Source: Spirochaetia bacterium
Lineage (GTDB): Bacteria; Spirochaetota; Spirochaetia; DSM-2461
Length of the DNA stretch: 64,000 bases
NCBI GenBank assembly: GCA_963668315.1
Contig: OY764216.1
Coordinates: 1,824,001-1,888,000, forward strand
Direction of reading: 5' to 3'
In this document: positions 9,632 to 18,191 of the stretch, in pieces
How positions within the stretch are numbered: position 1 is the stretch's first letter
Layout of the letters: each line of letters starts with the position of its first letter
The notes under the pieces: generated by a model
Database searches by the model: none
Told to the model about the DNA's origin: nothing
Seen by the model: only the letters and a program-made list of their open reading frames with translations
Translations under genes and position numbers: made by a program

Positions 9632-10009
9632 ATGCAACGATTCCGTTCACTCCGCCGCCGGGCGGGAAAGCTCAAGAAAAGGCTGACCCTCCTTTATTAT
9701 GCCTCCGGCCATCCTGATCTGCCCCGGCGTACGAAAATCCTCATCGCCCTGACCGTGGCCTATGCCCTCAGTCCCATCGATCTCATCCCCGATTTCATTC
9801 CCCTCCTGGGGTATCTGGACGACCTCCTCATCCTGCCCGGCCTTATCGCCCTGTGCCTGAAAAGCATCCCTCCCGAGATCTGGCATCAGGCCGCCGCCCG
9901 GGCTGTCCGGGAGCCCCTCCGCCTCAATAAAAACTGGAAGGCCGGAGCCATCATTCTGCTCATCTGGGCCGCCGTCCTTATCAAACTCATCTCCCTCTTT
10001 ATCGGGTAA
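9632..10009 (+). CDS. YkvA/DUF1232 family membrane protein
   Basis: AYALSPIDLIPDFIPLLGYLDDL signature; start 9632 lies 7 nt after TATAAT. Confidence 0.9.
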   Translation: MQRFRSLRRRAGKLKKRLTLLYYASGHPDLPRRTKILIALTVAYALSPIDLIPDFIPLLGYLDDLLILPGLIALCLKSIPPEIWHQAAARAVREPLRLNKNWKAGAIILLIWAAVLIKLISLFIG

Positions 10010-10128
10010 TCCAGGCAATAAAGGACGCCCCCCTCCTGTTACCAAGAGCCCATAAAGGAATTTGGAGGCTCTCCTTTTAGTGTAATTCGTGCGATTTGTG
10101 GTAAAATTTACCCCAAAAGTTTTAGCAG

Positions 10129-11352
10129 TGTTCTCATTGTTTGACATGTTTTTTCTAATGATTCAGGTTTTCTGACAAAAAGAGCTCTCTTTCTATACAA
10201 GTCATTGAAAGAAGGAGGTATTTCATGCCTGACCAGCTATATTGTCCTAATCCTGAATGTATAAATCATAATCACCCTTCGCAACAGGATTCCTGGTTCC
10301 GAAAAAAAGGATTTGTAACAACAAAAAGAGATGGCAAAGTTCAGCGTTATCAATGCAGAAACTGCTTAACCACATTTTCACTCTCTTATTTCTCAATTAA
10401 CTACCATGCCCATAAAAAGTTATCCTATTCTACTCTTTTAAATCATCTTGTCAGTGGTTCGGGGATCAGGGATATGGCACGGTCGATGAATTATTCTCCA
10501 GGTTTGATCACGAACAGAATACAACGACTGTCTAAAAGGATCACCTCTGTTTGCGCAAAGGGAAATTATGAGTTGGAGCTTCGCGAATCTGTCGCTGCCG
10601 ATGGTTTGGAAAATTTCATTCTTTCTCAATATTTTCCGACAAACATTAATATTCTGGTCGGACAGAAATCTCAATTTATCTACACCTTCAACGCCTACCA
10701 TTTCAAACGAAAAGGAGCATGCACCTCGGAGCAGAAAAAACGGAAATCAGAACTTTACGTATCTGCTCAATTTGAAAAGAGAGCCGCTTCCAATAGATTC
10801 AGAGAGATCCTGAAATATCTATCAGAAAAAGCAGAGCTATCTTCCATGAAAAACGTGATTCTGGACACAGACGAACATCCTATTTATGCCTATCAGGTTA
10901 AAAATTACGCATCCCTCTCTTTCAAGATACATCACAGAAGGACGAACTCCCGCAAGGAAAGGAACTATCAAAATAAGTTGTTCCCGTGCAATTATATAGA
11001 TAGGCAGATAAGAAAAGATCTAGCTGAGTTTATTCGGGAGACTGTTCAATTCGGGAGAAATATAAATAACAGTATGGACCGATTTACCTGTTACAGTTTT
11101 TGGCATAATTTTCTTAAGCCATACCGAATTAACAGGAAGAATAGGACTTATGAATACCATAGTCAGGCAGCCGGATTTGACTTGAAGGATATTCAGGATA
11201 TTGTTCAGAATATATTCGGGGGAATCCGAAGAAGAGAGAAAGATTTTATGCCCTATCTATCGGATTACCAGAAAGCTCACTGGAACAGAATTCTGGTAAA
11301 TTCGATGAAAAGAAAAGCAGTATAGATGAGGATATGTCAAAGAATTGGAACA
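10129..11352 (+). mobile_element. IS1-like insertion sequence with imperfect terminal inverted repeats
   Basis: Left TGTTCTCATTGTTTGACAT (10129-10147) versus reverse complement of right TGTTCCAATTCTTTGACAT (11334-11352), 16/19 identical; visibly AT-rich interior; no clear target duplication. Confidence 0.7.
10225..11325 (+). CDS. IS1-family-like transposase (Zn ribbon + HTH + DDE-like domain), single ORF
   Basis: CPNPEC..QRYQCRNC zinc ribbon, GSGIRDMARSM HTH, ADGLE / DTDEH / NYIDRQIRKD catalytic-like motifs; AGGAGG SD. Confidence 0.8.
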   Translation: MPDQLYCPNPECINHNHPSQQDSWFRKKGFVTTKRDGKVQRYQCRNCLTTFSLSYFSINYHAHKKLSYSTLLNHLVSGSGIRDMARSMNYSPGLITNRIQRLSKRITSVCAKGNYELELRESVAADGLENFILSQYFPTNINILVGQKSQFIYTFNAYHFKRKGACTSEQKKRKSELYVSAQFEKRAASNRFREILKYLSEKAELSSMKNVILDTDEHPIYAYQVKNYASLSFKIHHRRTNSRKERNYQNKLFPCNYIDRQIRKDLAEFIRETVQFGRNINNSMDRFTCYSFWHNFLKPYRINRKNRTYEYHSQAAGFDLKDIQDIVQNIFGGIRRREKDFMPYLSDYQKAHWNRILVNSMKRKAV

Positions 11353-11408
11353 TTATCAAAACGATAAACAAACCACCGAAAATCCCCCGATTCTCCCTCA
11401 AATTCCCC

Positions 11409-11435
11409 TTAAGAAAAAAAATCCCCCGCCGACAA
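11409..11435 (+). promoter_or_regulatory. Sigma28-type promoter of the flgF-flgG-flgJ operon
   Basis: TTAA-N15-GCCGACAA ending 7 nt before the flgF ATG; no SD. Confidence 0.65.
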
Positions 11436-11442
11436 TCAAACT

Positions 11443-12291
11443 ATGATCAGAGGATTATATACGGCGGCCAGCGGTATGCAGGCCCAGGAACATCGATTAG
11501 ACGCCCTGTCCAACAATCTGGCCAATGTGGATTTGACCGGTTACAAGAGGGACGTCTCCGTGGAAAAAGCCTTCCCCGAACTGATGATTCGCCGGTTCGA
11601 CCGGGACAGTTCCTACTCCTTTCCCATGGGCAGCGTGAATGTTGCTCCGGTGGTGGGGAAACTGGGCACCGGTGTTGAATATAACGAAACCTTTACCGTG
11701 TTCGAGCAGGGATCTCTCAAGGAAACCTCCAATCCCTTTGATCTGGCCCTGGAAGACGAAGGCTTCTTCGCCGTGGAAACCAACGAGGGCGAGCGCTACA
11801 CCCGCAATGGTTCCTTTGTCCTGGGCAAAGAGGGCTACCTCCTCACAAAAGACGGTTACTTCGTCCAGGGTGAGAATGGCCCCATCCAGCTGAAGAAGAA
11901 CAATTTTACCATAGATAAACTGGGACGAATCTGGCAGAACGCCGATCTGGCCGACGATCCCAACCGCCTGGTGACCATGGAAGAGAATGACTGGGCCAAT
12001 ACGGAGCTGGTGGACACTCTTAAAATCGTCCGGTTCAACCGCCCCCGCCATTTAATGAAGCAGGGCAATTCCATGTGGGCCCCTACGGAAGTTTCCGGCC
12101 AGGCGCAGATCGCCGAAGGCAACGAGAGACCCGGCGTCGTGCAGGGTTTTCTGGAAGCGTCCAATGTGAACTCCGTCCGGGAAATGGTGAATATGATAGA
12201 GGTCAACCGGGCCTACGAAGCCAATCAGAAGGTGATCACCACCCATGACGGGCTTCTTGATAAACTGATTAACAGTGCGGTCCGCTACTAA
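11443..12291 (+). CDS. flgF: Flagellar basal-body rod protein FlgF/FlhO-type
   Basis: MIRGLYTAASGM, NNLANV..GYK, YTRNGSF, LEASNV..EMVNMI..RAYEANQK. Confidence 0.9.
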   Translation: MIRGLYTAASGMQAQEHRLDALSNNLANVDLTGYKRDVSVEKAFPELMIRRFDRDSSYSFPMGSVNVAPVVGKLGTGVEYNETFTVFEQGSLKETSNPFDLALEDEGFFAVETNEGERYTRNGSFVLGKEGYLLTKDGYFVQGENGPIQLKKNNFTIDKLGRIWQNADLADDPNRLVTMEENDWANTELVDTLKIVRFNRPRHLMKQGNSMWAPTEVSGQAQIAEGNERPGVVQGFLEASNVNSVREMVNMIEVNRAYEANQKVITTHDGLLDKLINSAVRY

Positions 12292-12317
12292 AGCGGCGTA
12301 AAGGAGAATAGAAGGTT

Positions 12318-13112
12318 ATGATGAGGTCTTTATGGACGGCCGCTTCGGGCATGAACGGTCAGCAGTATAACATCGATACCATTTCCAACAACCTGGCCAA
12401 CGTGAATACCAACGGGTATAAGCAGGTAAGGGCCGAGTTCGAGGATCTTATCTATATGACATCCCGCATCGCCGGTACGCCCGCCACGGAGCAGACCGTT
12501 GTTCCCGAGGGAATTCAGGTCGGTCACGGAACCAGGGTCGCCGCCACCCAGAGGATATTCGAGCAGGGTTCCCTCCAGGCCACCTCCGTACCGTCGGACA
12601 TGGCTATCTCGGGCGAAGGCTTCTTCCGCGTCAAGCTGCTTGACGGCAGCTGGGGTTATACCCGGGACGGTTCCTTCCAGATAGACGCCAACGGCCAGTT
12701 CGTCACCTCCAACGGCTATATGCTCCAGCCCAACCTCATTATGCCCGAGGGATTTCAGCAGGAGAGCATCGCCATCAGCCAGGACGGCCGGGTCACCGTC
12801 AAGGTCAACGGTCAGCAGGATCCCGTTGATGTGGGCCAGGTCAACCTCTACCGCTTTGTCAATCCCGCCGGACTTCAGGCCATCGGTGAGAATATCTTCA
12901 AAATGTCCAACGCTTCGGGCGATCCCATCGGAGGAAGACCCGGTTTCGAGGGTATGGGAAAGATTCAGCATAAGTTCCTGGAAAACTCCAATGTCTCCAT
13001 GGTCAAGGAAATGGTAAATATGATCGTGGCCCAGAGAGCCTATGAACTGAACTCCAAAGCCATTCAGACATCCGATTCCATGCTTCAGACGGCGAATAAC
13101 CTGAAAAGATAG
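12318..13112 (+). CDS. flgG: Flagellar distal rod protein FlgG
   Basis: MMRSLWTAASGM, NNLANVNT.GYK..RAEFEDL.Y, GIQVGHG, YTRDGSF, QRAYELNSKAIQTSD.ML. Confidence 0.97.
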   Translation: MMRSLWTAASGMNGQQYNIDTISNNLANVNTNGYKQVRAEFEDLIYMTSRIAGTPATEQTVVPEGIQVGHGTRVAATQRIFEQGSLQATSVPSDMAISGEGFFRVKLLDGSWGYTRDGSFQIDANGQFVTSNGYMLQPNLIMPEGFQQESIAISQDGRVTVKVNGQQDPVDVGQVNLYRFVNPAGLQAIGENIFKMSNASGDPIGGRPGFEGMGKIQHKFLENSNVSMVKEMVNMIVAQRAYELNSKAIQTSDSMLQTANNLKR

Positions 13113-13131
13113 AAATAAAGGGCTATATTAG

Positions 13132-13479
13132 ATGAATATCACAGCGCAGGCCATGAACGGCTATGACAGTATCAGAACGGCGGGGCAGATAAACTCCCTT
13201 AAGACGGAAACCGCCGGAAGGTTCAGCGAGAAGGAACTGGCCGATATGAAGAAGGCCTGCGATGATTTTGAAGCTATCTTTATAAAGATGATGCTCGATT
13301 CCATGAAGGCCACCGTTCCCGAGCGGTCCCTTGTGAAAAAGAATCAGGGGGAGGAGTATTTTGAAGACATGCTGTACGACGAATATGCCAAATCCATGTC
13401 GCAGACTGACGAATTCGGCCTGTCGGAAGCGATGTACAGACAGATGACCGTTCAGCAGAAAGGCGGGCTGTACTCTTAG
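13132..13479 (+). CDS. flgJ: Short FlgJ rod-binding protein (no muramidase domain)
   Basis: ACDDFEAIFIKMMLDSMK..FEDMLYDEYA..GLSEAMYRQM. Confidence 0.9.
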   Translation: MNITAQAMNGYDSIRTAGQINSLKTETAGRFSEKELADMKKACDDFEAIFIKMMLDSMKATVPERSLVKKNQGEEYFEDMLYDEYAKSMSQTDEFGLSEAMYRQMTVQQKGGLYS

Positions 13480-13660
13480 GAGTGCTCCACTTTTATCACA
13501 ATAATCTTCACAGATCCTTCTCAAAGATACTCTTTTTAATAATATTCCCGTATACAAAAGTATACTTCCTCCACTCCTATAATCCCCCTTAATATACTGT
13601 TAATATCATAAATTCCTTTATAGATTGAAATTATATGTATTTTTAATTTTTTTTCATATT

Positions 13661-13677
13661 TTGGCATACCTCTTGCA
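13661..13677 (+). promoter_or_regulatory. Sigma54 (RpoN) -24/-12 promoter
   Basis: TTGGCATACCTCTTGCA with GG-N10-GC spacing, preceded by a long AT-rich tract. Confidence 0.85.
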
Positions 13678-13706
13678 TTATAGGTGGACAGGAGAGGTAT
13701 AAAACT

Positions 13707-14543
13707 ATGAAAAAAGAAAAGAAGAACTATAATCCGGAACTTAAAGCTTATATGAATGATGTTATTAAGTACAAACTTCTTACTCCCGAAGAGGAGAAAG
13801 AGTTATCCCATAAAGTTCTTCGGGGCGATGAAATGGCGCGCCAGAGATTGATTAATTCCAATCTCAAGCTGGTCATCAAAATCGCCTTTGCCTATAGAAA
13901 TCAGGGCATGCCGATTATGGATCTGATCCAGGAGGGGAATCTGGGTCTTATTCGTGCGGTAGAGAAGTTCGACGGTTCCAGAGATGTCCGTTTCTGTACC
14001 TACGCATCCTGGTGGATCAAGCAGGCTGTGACACGGGCGCTGGTCAACAAGAAGAGGACGATCCGTCTTCCTCACAGGAAAGAAGAAGCAATCAGAAAGA
14101 TCCAGACCGTGATTGACGAATACCAGAGCGAGTTTATGACGACTCCTTCCATATCGGAAATCGCCGAGGAGACGGGGCTGAACGAAGAAACCGTTGTCGG
14201 CCTTCTGGATATATCCAATCAGACAATTTCTCTTGATTGTGAAATCAACGAGAATAACAGTACCCTTATGGATGTTATCGAAGACAGAAGGAGCATTCCC
14301 GAAGAGGAACTGATTAAAAAGAATATTATTGAGGATACGGAAAAATTCCTTTCCACCCTCAAAGACAGGGAAAAGAGCGTGATTAAATACCGCTATTCAC
14401 TCCACAATGGAGAGAAATACACCCTTAAAGAGGTTTCCCAGGTAATGGGCATCTCTCCCGAAACGGTCAGACAGATCGAAATCAGGGCTATTAACAAGCT
14501 GAGAGAGCAGGCCTCCGATGTCCGGACATACTTTGTCAGCTAA
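13707..14543 (+). CDS. rpoS: Alternative sigma70-family factor, RpoS-like (no region 1.1)
   Basis: Region 1.2 LLTPEEEKEL, region 2 NLKLV..DLIQEGNLGL..VEKFD..RFCTYASWWIKQ, region 4 TLKEV..ETVRQIE; synteny after flgG/flgJ. Confidence 0.8.
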   Translation: MKKEKKNYNPELKAYMNDVIKYKLLTPEEEKELSHKVLRGDEMARQRLINSNLKLVIKIAFAYRNQGMPIMDLIQEGNLGLIRAVEKFDGSRDVRFCTYASWWIKQAVTRALVNKKRTIRLPHRKEEAIRKIQTVIDEYQSEFMTTPSISEIAEETGLNEETVVGLLDISNQTISLDCEINENNSTLMDVIEDRRSIPEEELIKKNIIEDTEKFLSTLKDREKSVIKYRYSLHNGEKYTLKEVSQVMGISPETVRQIEIRAINKLREQASDVRTYFVS

Positions 14544-14564
14544 ATAGATACATTCTCCTCGCTG

Positions 14565-14610
14565 AACACCGGTTGGACCGAACGAAAACGGGTCCGGCCG
14601 GTGTTTTTTT
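14565..14610 (+). terminator. Intrinsic terminator after the sigma factor gene
   Basis: AACACCGGTTGGACC/GGTCCGGCCGGTGTT stem plus T-run. Confidence 0.8.
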
Positions 14611-14672
14611 ATGTCGCCTGACTTGTCTTGACCTTGGTCTCCCCGAATCATAGAATAAGAGCAGGAGACTCC

Positions 14673-15680
14673 ATGATTGTATTAGGTATAGAAACGTCCT
14701 GTGACGAGTGTTCCGTCGCCCTGGTTGAGGACGGACGCAGGATCATCAGCAATGAGATCGCTACCCAGATAGAGCTGCATAAGCCCTGGTACGGGGTGGT
14801 TCCTGAAATCGCCTCCCGGCTCCATGTTCAGTGGATCGACGGGGTCCGGGAGAAGGCACTCGCCTCGGCGGGTATGACCATGGCCGAAATTGACGGTATA
14901 GCCGTAACGGCCCGGCCCGGACTCATGGGGTCTCTTATGGTGGGGCTTTCCTACGGCAAGGGGCTGGCCTGGTCTCTGGATAAACCCATGGTAGGGGTAA
15001 ATCATGTGGAGGCACATCTCTACGCCCCCCATCTGGAGTACGAAATAGAATACCCCTATCTGGGGGTTATCGTATCCGGCGGGCATACCATGATCTGCCG
15101 GGTAGAGAGTTTCGACCGTATGGAAGTCCTGGGTACCACTGTGGACGATGCCTGCGGTGAAGCCTTTGACAAGGTGGCGAAATTTTACGATCTGGGTTAT
15201 CCCGGAGGCGTGGCCATAGACCGTCTGGCCAGAAACGGGGATGACAGGGCTTTCAATTTCCCCATACCCAATCTTCATAAGGGGGGGCATGAGTACGATG
15301 TCTCCTATTCGGGTCTCAAAACCGCCGTCATCAATCAGCTTGAGCAGTTCCGGACGGAGGGAGCCGAGGCCACAGTTGAGAATATTGCCGCATCTTTTCA
15401 GAAAAGGGCGGTGGATATGCTTATGAAGAAGATCGCCCTGGCGGTGAAGAATACCGGGCTTACCCGCATCGTCGCCGGCGGCGGAGTTTCGGCCAACTCC
15501 CGTTTCCGCGAGCAGCTGTCCAGCCTGCCGGGGACCAGGGTTTACTTTCCTTCCCTGCAGCTCTGCGGTGATAACGGGGCCATGATCGCCGGGCTGGGGT
15601 ATCACTATCTTTCACGGGGAGACAGCTCTCCGCTCAGCGAAACGACACGGGCCCGGATAACCGGATACCGGAACATATAA
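14673..15680 (+). CDS. tsaD: tRNA t6A synthase subunit TsaD
   Basis: LGIETSCDE, GVVPEIASRLH, VNHVEAH, SGGHT, DDACGEAFDK, GGVSAN, DNGAMI; start 14673 after AGGAG. Confidence 0.97.
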   Translation: MIVLGIETSCDECSVALVEDGRRIISNEIATQIELHKPWYGVVPEIASRLHVQWIDGVREKALASAGMTMAEIDGIAVTARPGLMGSLMVGLSYGKGLAWSLDKPMVGVNHVEAHLYAPHLEYEIEYPYLGVIVSGGHTMICRVESFDRMEVLGTTVDDACGEAFDKVAKFYDLGYPGGVAIDRLARNGDDRAFNFPIPNLHKGGHEYDVSYSGLKTAVINQLEQFRTEGAEATVENIAASFQKRAVDMLMKKIALAVKNTGLTRIVAGGGVSANSRFREQLSSLPGTRVYFPSLQLCGDNGAMIAGLGYHYLSRGDSSPLSETTRARITGYRNI

Positions 15681-15690
15681 GAGGAGTATT

Positions 15691-16341
15691 ATGAAGACTC
15701 AGACCTTAATTGCCCCGTCCATCCTTTCCGCCGATTTCAGCCGGATGGGAGACGCCGTCGGGGAGATAGACAGTTCAGGCGCCGACTGGGTGCATATCGA
15801 TGTGATGGACGGGAATTTTGTTCCCCCCATTACTTTCGGCCATAAAATGGTGGCGGATATCCGCCCCCTGACGAAAAGACCTTTTGACGTGCATCTGATG
15901 GTGGCCGATCCGGACAGCCAGCTTAAGGCTTTTGCCGAGGGGGGGGCCGATTACATCACGGTACACCAGGAAGCGGCCCTCCATCTGGACAGGACATTGA
16001 GCCGGATCAGGGAACTGGGATGCCGCCCGGGAGTCTCCATCGTTCCCTCCACACCCGTCTGCCTGCTTAAGGAGGTCCTCTCGAAGGTGGACCTTGTTCT
16101 TGTCATGACCGTGAACCCCGGTTTCGGCGGACAGAAGATGATCCCCTCCTGCCTGGAGAAGGTTAAGGAGCTCAGAAAAATCAGGGAGGAACGGGGCGAG
16201 GAATGGCTGATCTCCATTGACGGCGGGGTTAATAGCGAGACGGCGGACATAATCCGTGAAGCCTCTCCCGACGTTCTGGTCGCCGGTTCGGCCTTTTTCT
16301 CCGCACCGGACAGGGCGGAATTTGTGAGAAACTTTAAATAG
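15691..16341 (+). CDS. rpe: Ribulose-phosphate 3-epimerase
   Basis: IAPSILSADF, HIDVMDG.FVP, DVHLM, MTVNPGFGGQ, DGG. Confidence 0.97.
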   Translation: MKTQTLIAPSILSADFSRMGDAVGEIDSSGADWVHIDVMDGNFVPPITFGHKMVADIRPLTKRPFDVHLMVADPDSQLKAFAEGGADYITVHQEAALHLDRTLSRIRELGCRPGVSIVPSTPVCLLKEVLSKVDLVLVMTVNPGFGGQKMIPSCLEKVKELRKIREERGEEWLISIDGGVNSETADIIREASPDVLVAGSAFFSAPDRAEFVRNFK

Positions 16342-16362
16342 AGTACTCCTTATTGTCGATAA
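16335..16362 (+). promoter_or_regulatory. Possible sigma28-type promoter for the TPR gene cluster
   Basis: TAAA-N16-GTCGATAA (spacer one base longer than canonical). Confidence 0.45.
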
Positions 16363-16383
16363 AGTTGTTAGAGGTCTCTTGGT

Positions 16384-17178
16384 ATGATGAAAAAAATCCC
16401 CCTAATTCTGCTTCTCCTGGGATGTTCATTCCTCCTTTTCCCCTCCGAGGGAGATGATATTTTCAGGGAAGGACTCACCGCATTCGAGAGGGGGGAGTAC
16501 TTTCTCGCCTACCGGCAGTTTACCCGTCTGGTTGAGGAGGAACCTTTCTATTACTACCGCGCCAATGCGGTTTTCTGGCAGGGAAAATCCCTCTACATGA
16601 TGGGCGATTATGTCCAGGCCGGCTCTCTGCTTGATCAGTATCTCATGAACTGGCCCGACAACAGTTATTATGAGGAGGCCCTCTATCTGGTGGGAAAGAA
16701 TTACTTCTCCCAGGAGAACTATCAGGCGGCTCTGGACGCTTTTATCCGTTTTACCGAAGAGTACGGAGGCAGCGTATGGTATCCCCACTCCCTCTACTGG
16801 ATGGGGGAGTCCCTCTATAATCTGGGGCATATAGACGAGGCCCGGGAGCTATACGGGAGAATAATCCGGGAATTTCCCGAAAGCTCCAAGAGCGAAGCGG
16901 CCCGTTATCGGAGCGCTCTTATCGAGATAAAGGAGAGGGAAGAGGTCCTCCTGGAACTTCTGAAATGGAGTCATGAGGAGTTTCTGAAGAGCGGGCAGGA
17001 CAGCAACAGGGAAAAGGCTGTTTACGAAGAGGCCCTCAAAGCCTATCAGCAGCAGATAACCCAGCTTTCCGACAGGGAAAGGAAAATGGTTCTGCTGAAT
17101 AAGTTACTCTCCCTGAAAGAAAGGGCCCTGGCTCTTAAGGATTTTTACCTGGAACAGAAGGAGGCACTGGCCCCATGA
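16384..17178 (+). CDS. Exported TPR protein (BamD/CpoB-like repeats) with C-terminal coiled coil
   Basis: Signal peptide; repeated A.YW.G..Y..G.Y..A..F..P.S TPR units. Confidence 0.85.
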   Translation: MMKKIPLILLLLGCSFLLFPSEGDDIFREGLTAFERGEYFLAYRQFTRLVEEEPFYYYRANAVFWQGKSLYMMGDYVQAGSLLDQYLMNWPDNSYYEEALYLVGKNYFSQENYQAALDAFIRFTEEYGGSVWYPHSLYWMGESLYNLGHIDEARELYGRIIREFPESSKSEAARYRSALIEIKEREEVLLELLKWSHEEFLKSGQDSNREKAVYEEALKAYQQQITQLSDRERKMVLLNKLLSLKERALALKDFYLEQKEALAP

Positions 17179-18191
17179 AGCGCTGTTATCTGATGATTCT
17201 GTTCGTACTTCCTGTTGTTTTGCATGCTCTTACTCTGGAAAAGGGAAATCTGAAAATCGCTGTGGATGATGAGACAGGCGGTTATCTCTGTTATAGCCGT
17301 CTTTCCGATGACTCACCCTGGTATCCCCTTCTGGTGGAATCGTTTACCTCTTCCTATACGCAAATGAGAATTAATGGACAGGACATCATTCCGGGAGACC
17401 GGGAGGATTTCTCCCTGCGTTTTGATAGCTCCGATGAGGGTATCGCCCTGATTTATGAAGGGGACGGTGTCCTTTTTACCGAAAAAGTCGTGATGGAACA
17501 GGATCTGAGGGGAACCGCCTATTTTGACATCTCCCTGACGCTGGAGAACCGGGGCCATGACTCTCTTGAGGGAGGGATCAAAAAGGTGCTCGATACGACC
17601 TTCGTCAGGGGAGATACCCACTTCCTCATACAGGGCAAGTCTGTGGAGGAGGAGACTGTATTCGAGAAAGGACAGATCCCTTCCTCCCTCCTTTCTCCCG
17701 GCACCCAGCCCGGCGAGAGGCTCTATATCAAGACTTCCTTTGAGAAAACTCCCGAACCTGACCGGCTTCTTCTGGTTAACTGGAACAGGCTGGACCGATC
17801 CTCCTGGGATTATCGTCCTTCCCCCGGAACGAACTTTAATGCCCTGCCTTTTTCCATTAATGATTCCGCTCTGGGCGTGATATGGCAGCCCGTTATCATA
17901 AAGAGCGGTGAATCTCTGCAGTTTCATCTGGCCATGGGGCCGAGGGATTTTTCTCTGGAAGAGAAGGAAGCCGATCAGCCGGAACCCGCCGTTGTTCCCG
18001 TTATTCCTTCCGATCCGGCCCTGGCCCGTCTTCATCTGGAGGAACAGCTGGATTATATCGAAATCTTTCTGAGAGATCTGGAGAACCGAATCGACGGGAT
18101 CGATGACGTGAGCAACGAGAATCTGTTATCCCTGGAAGAGCGGCTGGATGTACTTGAGCAGAACAGAAGAGATTATGAGAGATTACGGTAA
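17175..18191 (+). CDS. Exported hypothetical protein (beta-rich domain + helical C-terminus)
   Basis: Signal peptide; ATGA overlap with upstream gene; GGAGG SD. Confidence 0.8.
   Translation: MKRCYLMILFVLPVVLHALTLEKGNLKIAVDDETGGYLCYSRLSDDSPWYPLLVESFTSSYTQMRINGQDIIPGDREDFSLRFDSSDEGIALIYEGDGVLFTEKVVMEQDLRGTAYFDISLTLENRGHDSLEGGIKKVLDTTFVRGDTHFLIQGKSVEEETVFEKGQIPSSLLSPGTQPGERLYIKTSFEKTPEPDRLLLVNWNRLDRSSWDYRPSPGTNFNALPFSINDSALGVIWQPVIIKSGESLQFHLAMGPRDFSLEEKEADQPEPAVVPVIPSDPALARLHLEEQLDYIEIFLRDLENRIDGIDDVSNENLLSLEERLDVLEQNRRDYERLR

Noticed and set aside
9647..10147. 166-aa minus-strand ORF starting in the IS left end
   Set aside because: Mostly antisense to the DUF1232 gene; the N-terminus is translated repeat and IS-end sequence
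10735..10741. A6C IS1-type slippery sequence inside the transposase
   Set aside because: The ORF is already continuous and the site lies past the first catalytic Asp, not at the InsA/InsB junction
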